Position numbers and translations under genes: made by a program. The notes under the pieces were generated by a model. It worked only from the letters and a program-made list of their open reading frames with translations, searched no databases and had not been told where the DNA came from. Positions 56,803 to 64,000 of a stretch of 64,000 bases of DNA are shown piece after piece. The stretch is from assembly GCA_965231135.1 (NCBI GenBank), contig OZ246419.1, forward strand, positions 81,028-145,027, given 5' to 3'. Position 1 is the stretch's first letter. Every line of letters starts with the position of its first letter. The stretch comes from an uncultured Gammaproteobacteria bacterium (lineage in GTDB: Bacteria > Patescibacteriota > Microgenomatia > UBA8517).

Positions 56803-58182
56803 TCAAAGGATCTGTTTTATCCCCATGATATCCTCACGAGTTTTGGCATCGCTTGAAGCTAGAGAAGTTACTTTTTCCACAGCGTGCATGACAGTGCTAT
56901 GATCGCGGCCGCCAATTGTTTGGCCGATTTCATCAAAAGGCAAACCTAATTCAATCCTGAGAAGATACATTAATATTTGCCTTGGACGCGCGACTGATTG
57001 AGAACGGACATGACTTAATAAAGCTTTCTTGCTTACAGAAAAATGAGTTGAGACTGCATCAAAAACTTTTTCTGGGCTTACTTTTTCTTTTGGAGTTAAA
57101 TTTTCTATACCATCCCCTCCTTTACTTAATAATGATTTTACGAGATTTTCGTCGATGGGAATATTTTTTATCTTACTTTCTGAAAAGAGGCGAGTCAGAA
57201 AACCTTGAATTTGTCTTGCCCCTTCGATATTGCCTGCAATAATACTTACAAGTTCTATTGGTAGTTCAATTCCCTTTTCTTTTCCTTTAATTTGAATGAT
57301 GGCACATTTTAATTCGAAGTCAGCTTTTCCTATATCAACAGTTAAGCCCGCTTCAAATCTGCTTTTTAATCTGTCTTCGAGATTTTTAATTTTTGAAGGT
57401 TCTGTATCTGAAGTTAATATAATTTGCCCACCAGAACCGACTACAGCATTAAAGGTGTGGAAGAACTCTTCCTGGACACCTTCTTTGCCGCTTATAAACT
57501 GAATATCGTCAACAAACAAGCCTTGAAGCTTTCTGTATTTATCTCTTACTGCTTGCGTTGTTTTATTTCTAATTCCCTGCACTACTTCATTTGTGAATTC
57601 TTCTGCAGAACACAATAATACTTTTGCATTTGGATTTGATTTAATCATTTTAAATCCAACTGCTTGCATTAAATGGGTTTTGCCTACTCCAACTCCTCCC
57701 CAAATAAAAAGCGGGTTGTATGCAATACCAGGAGTTGCTGCAATGCTTTGGGCTGCGGCGTAGGCCATTTGATTGCTTCCTGAGACAGCGAAGTTTTCGA
57801 AAGTGAAACCTAAACGAATATTACTTGAAACTAGTTTTTGAGTTAGATCTTCATCTTTGTCATCTTCGGCAAAAAGAGGCGCGATTGGAATTTCTTTTTT
57901 TGGAGCGACTGAGGCGACTGCTCCAACTGTGAATTCTAAATCGACTGGTGCATCAACTGCTTTCATTAGAGAGTCTTGAAGAAGGCCGAAATATCTTTCC
58001 TGAATTGTTTGCTTAACAAAATAAGAATTACAAACTATTGTTGCAAGATAACGAGTGTCATTTACTTTTTTTAAACTGCCTAATTCAGTTTGAGAGATCC
58101 AAGTTGAAAAGATTGCAGCGGAGACTGAAACTTTTACAGATTCTAAAACATCATGCCAGATTTGAACTTTATCCTGCTTCAT
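56803..58182 (-). CDS. dnaA: Chromosomal replication initiator protein
   Basis: AAA+ Walker A GGVGVGKTHLMQAVG; C-terminal DNA-binding domain ...IGGRDHSTVMHAVEKV; perfect TTATCCACA box upstream at 58207-58215. Confidence 0.9.
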   Translation of the reverse strand: MKQDKVQIWHDVLESVKVSVSAAIFSTWISQTELGSLKKVNDTRYLATIVCNSYFVKQTIQERYFGLLQDSLMKAVDAPVDLEFTVGAVASVAPKKEIPIAPLFAEDDKDEDLTQKLVSSNIRLGFTFENFAVSGSNQMAYAAAQSIAATPGIAYNPLFIWGGVGVGKTHLMQAVGFKMIKSNPNAKVLLCSAEEFTNEVVQGIRNKTTQAVRDKYRKLQGLFVDDIQFISGKEGVQEEFFHTFNAVVGSGGQIILTSDTEPSKIKNLEDRLKSRFEAGLTVDIGKADFELKCAIIQIKGKEKGIELPIELVSIIAGNIEGARQIQGFLTRLFSESKIKNIPIDENLVKSLLSKGGDGIENLTPKEKVSPEKVFDAVSTHFSVSKKALLSHVRSQSVARPRQILMYLLRIELGLPFDEIGQTIGGRDHSTVMHAVEKVTSLASSDAKTREDIMGIKQIL

Positions 58183-58272
58183 ACTTGTCCACTTCTTTTA
58201 ACGAGTTATCCACAAATGGTCAAGGGGGAAATTATATTAGCAAAAAGAGAAATATTTTGATATAATTTTCGT

Positions 58273-58413
58273 ATGGCAACGAAGAGAACATATCAACCAA
58301 GCAAAATTCACAGGAAACGCGTTCATGGATTTAGGGCTCGCAATAAAACTAAAAGCGGACGCCAAGTAATTAAGCGCAGAACTTCTATTGGGCGCAAAAG
58401 AATTACTATTTAA
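58273..58413 (+). CDS. rpmH: 50S ribosomal protein L34
   Basis: Translates to [46 protein letters not shown] (46 aa, absent from ORF track because under 60 aa); canonical position upstream of rnpA. Confidence 0.85.
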   Translation: MATKRTYQPSKIHRKRVHGFRARNKTKSGRQVIKRRTSIGRKRITI

Positions 58414-58416
58414 TTA

Positions 58417-58722
58417 ATGAACAAAAAGGACTTTGATGTTGTCCGATCGCAAGGAAATTTTCGTACATTCCCCTACTTTACAATTAATTTTTTGAATAGA
58501 CTCGACGAGGAAGAAGCAAGAATTGGAGTAATTGTTAGTAAAAAAATATCTACAAAAGCAGTAACCCGTAATAAAATAAGAAGACAGATAAAAGAAGCGG
58601 TTCGTATTAATAAACTGATGGAGAAATCGTATGACTATGTAATTATTGTCAAGCCCAGCATAACTAGACTTAATTATGGTAGAATAGAGGCTGAGTTGAA
58701 AAATGCTTTTAGATTTTTATAA
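58417..58722 (+). CDS. rnpA: Ribonuclease P protein component
   Basis: Basic RNR-type motif region [14 protein letters not shown]; conserved rpmH-rnpA synteny. Confidence 0.85.
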   Translation: MNKKDFDVVRSQGNFRTFPYFTINFLNRLDEEEARIGVIVSKKISTKAVTRNKIRRQIKEAVRINKLMEKSYDYVIIVKPSITRLNYGRIEAELKNAFRFL

Positions 58723-58906
58723 AAAATATATATCCCCTATTTTTGTGGTTTATTTTGGACATGCATGCCGATTTACACCAACTTGCAGCGAATATGCTGC
58801 ACAGGCAATACAGAAATATGGAATAGTTAAAGGAGGGTTTATGAGTGCTTGGAGAATTTTGAGGTGTAATCCCCTTTCTAAAGCTGGTTATGATCCGGTA
58901 ATTTAA
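58703..58906 (+). CDS. yidD: Membrane protein insertion efficiency factor
   Basis: [32 protein letters not shown] matches the conserved YidD core. Confidence 0.85.
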   Translation: MLLDFYKKYISPIFVVYFGHACRFTPTCSEYAAQAIQKYGIVKGGFMSAWRILRCNPLSKAGYDPVI

Positions 58907-58911
58907 AATAT

Positions 58912-59760
58912 ATGAATATTTTTACTACATACTTAATACAACCTTTGGCAAACGGGCTTGTTATCTTCTATCGCTTACTTGGAAATAACATGGGACTTGC
59001 TATTATTGGCTTTTCTATTGCACTTGCACTTCTTATTAGACCCTTTACTAAAAAATCATTGGAGTCGATGAAAAAAATGCGCGAAATACAACCTCAACTG
59101 GATAAGTTAAAAAAGAAATATAAAAACGATAGAATGAAATTAACCCAAGCTCAAAGCGAGCTCTATAAACAATATGGAGTCAACCCTGGACTTGGAGGAT
59201 GTTTGCCTATTATTCTGCAGCTGGTTGTGTTTTATGGACTTGTTGAAGTTTTTATTCAATACCTTTCAAATGCAAGCGTTACAAAATTTAATACGATTCT
59301 CTACTCACCTCTTAAATTTGACGCACACGAAATGATTAATACAAAATTTTTATATTTAGATTTAACTAAGCCTGATACATTTAATATTCATGGAATTCCT
59401 TTTGCAATTCCGGGACTTTTTCTAATTCTTGCCGGCGTTTCACAGATGATATCTGCAAAAATTGCCAGCCCTTATATTGAAAAAGAAGAACAAATTGCAA
59501 AAAAGACTAAAGGCGAAATGGATGATGCTATGGTTGCTATGCAATCTTCAATGATTTATACCCTACCTCTTATGACACTTTTGGTTGGAGGACGTTTTCC
59601 TTCTGGCGTTGCCATTTATTGGGTAACATTTTCGATTTATCAGGCGTTTCAACAATACAGAACAACTGGGCTTGGAGGCCTAAAATCTTGGATTAAAGCG
59701 CTTCGTGTGATACAATCGGGGAATGGAAACGCAAAAGGAAATACAAAATCTTCTAAGTGA
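58912..59760 (+). CDS. yidC: Membrane protein insertase YidC/Oxa1 family (short form)
   Basis: Five TM helices, GGCLPIILQLVVFYGL conserved insertase motif; synteny. Confidence 0.8.
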   Translation: MNIFTTYLIQPLANGLVIFYRLLGNNMGLAIIGFSIALALLIRPFTKKSLESMKKMREIQPQLDKLKKKYKNDRMKLTQAQSELYKQYGVNPGLGGCLPIILQLVVFYGLVEVFIQYLSNASVTKFNTILYSPLKFDAHEMINTKFLYLDLTKPDTFNIHGIPFAIPGLFLILAGVSQMISAKIASPYIEKEEQIAKKTKGEMDDAMVAMQSSMIYTLPLMTLLVGGRFPSGVAIYWVTFSIYQAFQQYRTTGLGGLKSWIKALRVIQSGNGNAKGNTKSSK

Positions 59761-60196
59761 GTTATTTAAACTTATTGGTATTGAGGTAAAAGCTGAAATC
59801 ACAGAGGAAAAACAGGAAGAAGGAACTCTTTACAAAATAGAACTTGACCCAGGAGAGAGTACAGGACTTCTTATTGGTGCACACGGAATGACTTTGTCAT
59901 CTATTCAATCATTTTTGACTATAGCTATGAAACAAAAAACAGGGGATTGGGTAAAGATATCTTTAGATGTTGCTCACTGGAGCGAAAAACAAAATGAAAG
60001 ACTTGTTGAACTTGCAAAACAAACCGCAGAGCGCGCACGACAAACTGGAGAAGAAAAACTTTATAACTTGAATGCAAACAGTAGAAGAATTATTCATATG
60101 ACTTTAGCTGAAGAAAAAGATATTGAGACAGTTTCTGAGGGAGAAGGAATTGACCGCTACTTAGTTGTAAGGCATAACACGAAGTTAAAGAAATAA
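59723..60196 (+). CDS. jag: Jag/KhpB RNA-binding protein (KH + R3H)
   Basis: C-terminal R3H motif RRIIHMTLAEEKDIETVSEGEG; synteny after yidC. Confidence 0.75.
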   Translation: METQKEIQNLLSELFKLIGIEVKAEITEEKQEEGTLYKIELDPGESTGLLIGAHGMTLSSIQSFLTIAMKQKTGDWVKISLDVAHWSEKQNERLVELAKQTAERARQTGEEKLYNLNANSRRIIHMTLAEEKDIETVSEGEGIDRYLVVRHNTKLKK

Positions 60197-60197
60197 A

Positions 60198-60641
60198 GTG
60201 GAGAACTCTTCAAGAATAGTTATTTTTTCAGATGGAGGGAGCAGGGGAAACCCAGGACCTGCTGCATGTGCATATATAATTCATATTGGTCAGGAAATTG
60301 TAAAAAAAGATTCTGAATATCTTGGAATAACTACTAATAATGTTGCTGAGTATAATGGTGTAGTACTTGCACTTGAAGCATTGATTAAAATGCCCCTCGA
60401 CTTCGCTCGGGATTGCGAAATAGAATTTCGCTTAGATAGTGAACTAGTTGTCAAACAGCTAAAGGGGGAATACAAAATCAAGGATGTTAACATGATAACA
60501 CTAGCAATGGAAGTTAAAAAAATAATTGCTGATAATAAATTAAAAATAACTTTTCTTCATGTTCCACGAAAAGAGAATTCGATTGCGGATAAAATGGTAA
60601 ATGTGAAGTTGGACGAAATTTCACGTCGCGGAGCCAACTAG
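60198..60641 (+). CDS. rnhA: Ribonuclease H (type 1)
   Basis: DGGSRGNPGPAACAY, TNNVAEYNGVVLAL, LDSELVVKQLKGEYKIK, NSIADKM catalytic D-E-D-D context. Confidence 0.8.
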   Translation: MENSSRIVIFSDGGSRGNPGPAACAYIIHIGQEIVKKDSEYLGITTNNVAEYNGVVLALEALIKMPLDFARDCEIEFRLDSELVVKQLKGEYKIKDVNMITLAMEVKKIIADNKLKITFLHVPRKENSIADKMVNVKLDEISRRGAN

Positions 60642-60740
60642 AACGGGAAAACTTAGACAGACGCGCGTGTATAATATTTCAAAACCACAAGCTGCTTGCG
60701 GATATAATTTTCAGGCTCTAATATGATATAAGAGCCCACC

Positions 60741-62642
60741 ATGAAAGATGATTTACAACTCGCGTTAATTATTTCAGATTATAAAGATTTACAAGAAAAA
60801 CTTTCTGAAAATCTTTCCCGCAAACACTTACACACCTCTTATAAGCAGAGCTTGTCACTTCGTGATGAAAACTTAAATAATATTGTTTATCTTTTTTTAA
60901 TTGTTGGTTTTAGAGATGGTTCGACTTCGCTCACCATGACACGCTTACGTGCCATTTTTGAAGATGTCCAAAATTTGAAGCCAAAGTCGGTGCTTATTTT
61001 ACCGTATGGAATTGAAAATGAATTGATAAATTTTGCAAAAGAGAACGCAAGAAACTTAAAAATTAAAATAATTTATTTAGGAGAAGCAGAAATTAACGAT
61101 GCATTGATTGAAAAAATATTGCATAGTTTTTTTGGATATAACGGAGAAAACGAAACTGTAATTGGAGAAAATAGATTTAAATTAGTTGAGAAAATTGAGG
61201 AAATTAAAGAAAAATTAATTGAAGCACAACCCGATATCGTTATAAGAAAAATTTTGATTCCTGAGAATAAACCAATTAAAGTTCAAAGGAAAAGAAGAAA
61301 GCAAAATAAGATTAGATCTTTCGGAATATTAATAATAATTATTTTGTGGATTATAGCTACGCCATTTTTATCTTTGTTTATATCATCTTTCTTATTAAAG
61401 AACGGTGTTAATGAAATTAATAATAAGGACTTAAACGGAGCAAATATTTATTTTGAAACTTCGAAGGTGTTTGCAAATATTGCTGGTGTTGGTTTTACGT
61501 TTTCAAATAACGGAAAACAGATTGCTAGCGATATTTTGAAATATGACGAAATTGGAATACAAGCTTATAAAACAATTTTATTAGGACAGAGGATTTTTAA
61601 TGAAGTAAACGGAAATAACGATTATGATTTAAAGACACAAGCAAACCAGTTTTATTTAAATATTGATAGTCTTTATAGCGAAACTGCATTTTTATCTGCC
61701 TCCAGTAATTCTAAAGATTTTTTACCTGATACAAACCTTACGAATATTAGTTTTTATTTACAGAGTTTGCGTAAACTTGCAAAAGATTTACCAAACATAC
61801 TTGGTATAAACGGACAGAAAAATTATTTGGTTATTGTGCAAGATCCAAATAAATTGCGACCAACTGGAGGATATATAACTAATTTGATAGTTTATAGTTT
61901 TAATAATGGGAGACTAATAAACAAAAATGCAATTAATGTCGATGATGTTGATTCACAACTACGTGGATTTGTAACTCCACCTGATGCATTAAAAAATTAT
62001 GCAGGACTTGCTTCCTGGAACCTTGCAAATTCAAATTGGGATCCTGATTTTTCGCAAGCGTCCGCAAAAGCAGAATGGTTTTTTAATAAAGAAACAAATC
62101 AAAATATTGATGGAGTGATAGGAATAACAACGGATATTAATAATATTAATTTTGATAATATTATTTCTCTTTTAGATAGCAAAAATGTACAAGTATTTAT
62201 GAATAAAACGGACGATGAAACAACACTAGTAGAACTTAATTGGGACGGGGGAATTTTGGCAAATTCTTTTGGAATAATTGATGCTAATGTAGGAAACGCA
62301 GGAAATAACCAGATTAAAGAGAATGCGGTACTAAATATTAAAACAAATACTAATAGTAATAATTACAGTTTGGAGATTGATTATACAAACCTTTCAAAAG
62401 ATTTAGTTTATAAAGATGATGTCAGAATAATTGAAGGAAATAATATACAAGAGAAATATTTTCAATTAAATCCTGGAAAGAATACAAAATTGAGTTTCAG
62501 CTGGAGTTTGCCTAAAAATAATAATTTAAATTTGAGGAAACAGCCTGGAGTTGATAACTTTCCTATCCAGGTTGTAATTAATAATACTACAAGGTATAAT
62601 ATATTCTTACAACATGACAAAAATATCTCTTTCGGCAACTAA
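60741..62642 (+). CDS. Hypothetical membrane-anchored protein (633 aa)
   Basis: One TM helix near residue 190 (FGILIIIILWIIATPFLSLFISSFLL); Asn-rich C-terminal half. Confidence 0.45.
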   Translation: MKDDLQLALIISDYKDLQEKLSENLSRKHLHTSYKQSLSLRDENLNNIVYLFLIVGFRDGSTSLTMTRLRAIFEDVQNLKPKSVLILPYGIENELINFAKENARNLKIKIIYLGEAEINDALIEKILHSFFGYNGENETVIGENRFKLVEKIEEIKEKLIEAQPDIVIRKILIPENKPIKVQRKRRKQNKIRSFGILIIIILWIIATPFLSLFISSFLLKNGVNEINNKDLNGANIYFETSKVFANIAGVGFTFSNNGKQIASDILKYDEIGIQAYKTILLGQRIFNEVNGNNDYDLKTQANQFYLNIDSLYSETAFLSASSNSKDFLPDTNLTNISFYLQSLRKLAKDLPNILGINGQKNYLVIVQDPNKLRPTGGYITNLIVYSFNNGRLINKNAINVDDVDSQLRGFVTPPDALKNYAGLASWNLANSNWDPDFSQASAKAEWFFNKETNQNIDGVIGITTDINNINFDNIISLLDSKNVQVFMNKTDDETTLVELNWDGGILANSFGIIDANVGNAGNNQIKENAVLNIKTNTNSNNYSLEIDYTNLSKDLVYKDDVRIIEGNNIQEKYFQLNPGKNTKLSFSWSLPKNNNLNLRKQPGVDNFPIQVVINNTTRYNIFLQHDKNISFGN

Positions 62643-63288
62643 GCGAAAAGAACTTGGCCGAAAAGCCAGAAACCTTCGAAAGTCGGGAAAAGTTCCAGCA
62701 AACATCTACGGAAAGGACGTAAAAAGCGTTTCTATCACAGTTGATGAGAAGGAATTTAGAGAAACATTTAAAAAAGCAGGAGAAACTGCGATTGTTTATT
62801 TGATGGTCGAAAAGGATGAAAGACCAGTTTTGGTTTCAAATATTCAAACACATCCTGCAACCGGAGATATTCTTCATATCGATTTTAAGCAAGTTAATTT
62901 GAAAGAAAAAGTTACTGCACAAATTCCAGTTGAAGTTACTGGTGAATCCCCAGTTGAAAAGAGCGGAGAGGGAACAGTAGTTCTTCTTTTGCAGGAACTT
63001 GAAGTTGAAGCACTTCCAACTGACCTTCCAGAGAAATTTGAAATCAAAGCTGAAGAGTTGACTCAAGTTGACCAAGTTGTAAAAGTTTCAGGTCTTAAAA
63101 TTGATGGCACAAAAGTTGAAGTTAAAGAAGATCCTGAGGCAATGGTTGTTAAAGTAGAACCACCACAGAAAGAAGAGGTAATTGAAACACCAGTTGCAGA
63201 AACTCCAGCCGAAGGAGAAACTCCAGTAGCGGCCGAAGGTGAAGCGGCTCCTGCAGAGGAAACTAAACCAGAAGAATCAAAGGCTTAA
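62614..63288 (+). CDS. rplY: 50S ribosomal protein L25 / general stress protein Ctc
   Basis: N-terminal KRKELGRKARNLRKSGKVPANIYGK is the conserved L25 5S-binding motif; acidic/Pro-rich C-terminal tail. Confidence 0.85.
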   Translation: MTKISLSATKRKELGRKARNLRKSGKVPANIYGKDVKSVSITVDEKEFRETFKKAGETAIVYLMVEKDERPVLVSNIQTHPATGDILHIDFKQVNLKEKVTAQIPVEVTGESPVEKSGEGTVVLLLQELEVEALPTDLPEKFEIKAEELTQVDQVVKVSGLKIDGTKVEVKEDPEAMVVKVEPPQKEEVIETPVAETPAEGETPVAAEGEAAPAEETKPEESKA

Positions 63289-63651
63289 TGCTTTTATAAC
63301 CTCAGGAATTTTAGTGGAATTTGGATCTAATTCGAGAGCTTTTTGAATGTAAAGATAGGCTTCTTTTTTGTTTGACATTTCAACATCAACTTTGGCAATT
63401 TGCAAATAACCATCAACATATGAAGGATTTTGGTGAATTAAATTTTCCCAATAGTTTTTTTCGTTTTGAAGTGGTGTAACATCAACTGATGCTCCAAGAA
63501 CTTTTTGATCATTTAAAAAATTATTAATATTAAATCCTGCTACTAAAAGTAAAACAATAATTATTAGACAATAGCTATAGTGAATAAAATAGATTTTGTA
63601 ATTTACTTTTTTGCTTTTTTTACTTTTAACTTTAGTTTTTTTGGCGGGCAT
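63277..63651 (-). CDS. Membrane-anchored TPR-like protein
   Basis: Basic N-terminus, TM helix, YLYIQKALELDPNS TPR-like repeat. Confidence 0.45.
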   Translation of the reverse strand: MPAKKTKVKSKKSKKVNYKIYFIHYSYCLIIIVLLLVAGFNINNFLNDQKVLGASVDVTPLQNEKNYWENLIHQNPSYVDGYLQIAKVDVEMSNKKEAYLYIQKALELDPNSTKIPEVIKALSL

Positions 63652-63702
63652 TTGTATTTACCAATTTAGCGGGCATGAAAAATAAATGCAAGAGGGGATT
63701 AG

Positions 63703-63936
63703 TTGTATAATACGAAAATGGTTGAAAGAATTATCTCAGATAACAAATATTTACCAATTCAAGGAACTACTGAAAAATTGTGTAAAGGTTGGTATTTTGA
63801 TGAGTTTAATGGTGTTAAAGTTTGGGGGACATACAATAGAAATTCTTCGGGACAAAATTTATTTGTACCGGATGGAATAGAGAAGAATCTAAATAGATTA
63901 GATCTTGTTTATTTAAAATTATTTAGGCCAATTTGA
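63703..63936 (+). CDS. Hypothetical protein
   Basis: ORF only. Confidence 0.3.
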   Translation: MYNTKMVERIISDNKYLPIQGTTEKLCKGWYFDEFNGVKVWGTYNRNSSGQNLFVPDGIEKNLNRLDLVYLKLFRPI

Positions 63937-64000
63937 GGTTATAAGTAAATCTTTCTTGCCTTTTGAAAAAAGCTCCTGATAAATACTTTCTGTAACAAAT

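Noticed and set aside
1-64000. CRISPR arrays or cas genes
   Set aside because: No short direct repeats with regular spacers were seen anywhere on either strand, and no Cas-like proteins appear among the ORFs.
1-64000. Alternative genetic code (UGA as Gly/Trp, as in some CPR/Mollicutes)
   Set aside because: Confidently identified genes (XRE regulator, VirB4 N-domain ORF, others) terminate at TGA at the expected protein ends, and conserved proteins are full length with standard stops. Code 11 fits.

Overview
This 64-kb window is low-GC (roughly one-third GC by eye) and uses the standard genetic code, with UGA as a stop. The coding strand switches often. Proteins are small and gene-poor in metabolism, which fits a reduced-genome, CPR/Patescibacteria-like bacterium; that phylum assignment is an inference. 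The window splits into five parts. (1) 1-14.3 kb is a housekeeping and DNA-repair block: nfi, an MGMT-like gene, a 3-methyladenine glycosylase, a DEAD-box helicase, a PLD-family protein, an ABC exporter and a Ppx/GppA-family gene. (2) 14.3-24.0 kb is a likely integrated element. It abuts tRNA-Asn and ends in a large serine recombinase. It carries an XRE-HD pair and a four-gene operon (Cro-like HTH, OLD-family ATPase/Toprim nuclease, two unknowns, SET-domain methyltransferase) that looks like an undescribed defense or accessory module. (3) 24-31 kb holds the rpoD-dnaG operon, a cluster of five tRNAs (four Ser isoacceptors plus Arg), comF-like, smpB and tmRNA. (4) 35.5-55.5 kb is a large type IV secretion-like envelope locus. 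It has a tandem array of seven two-helix pilin-like paralogs plus an eighth fused copy, a 1064-aa Cys-rich surface protein ending in a lysozyme/SLT-like domain, a VirB6/TrbL-like polytopic protein, a VirB4 ATPase encoded as two translationally coupled ORFs, and a 1009-aa membrane protein ending in a CHAP domain. No coupling protein or relaxase is visible. (5) 55.5-64 kb is the replication origin: dnaN, a DnaA-box cluster, dnaA, then rpmH-rnpA-yidD-yidC-jag, rnhA and rplY. Many short ORFs in the track that overlap these genes antisense or out of frame are treated as artefacts.
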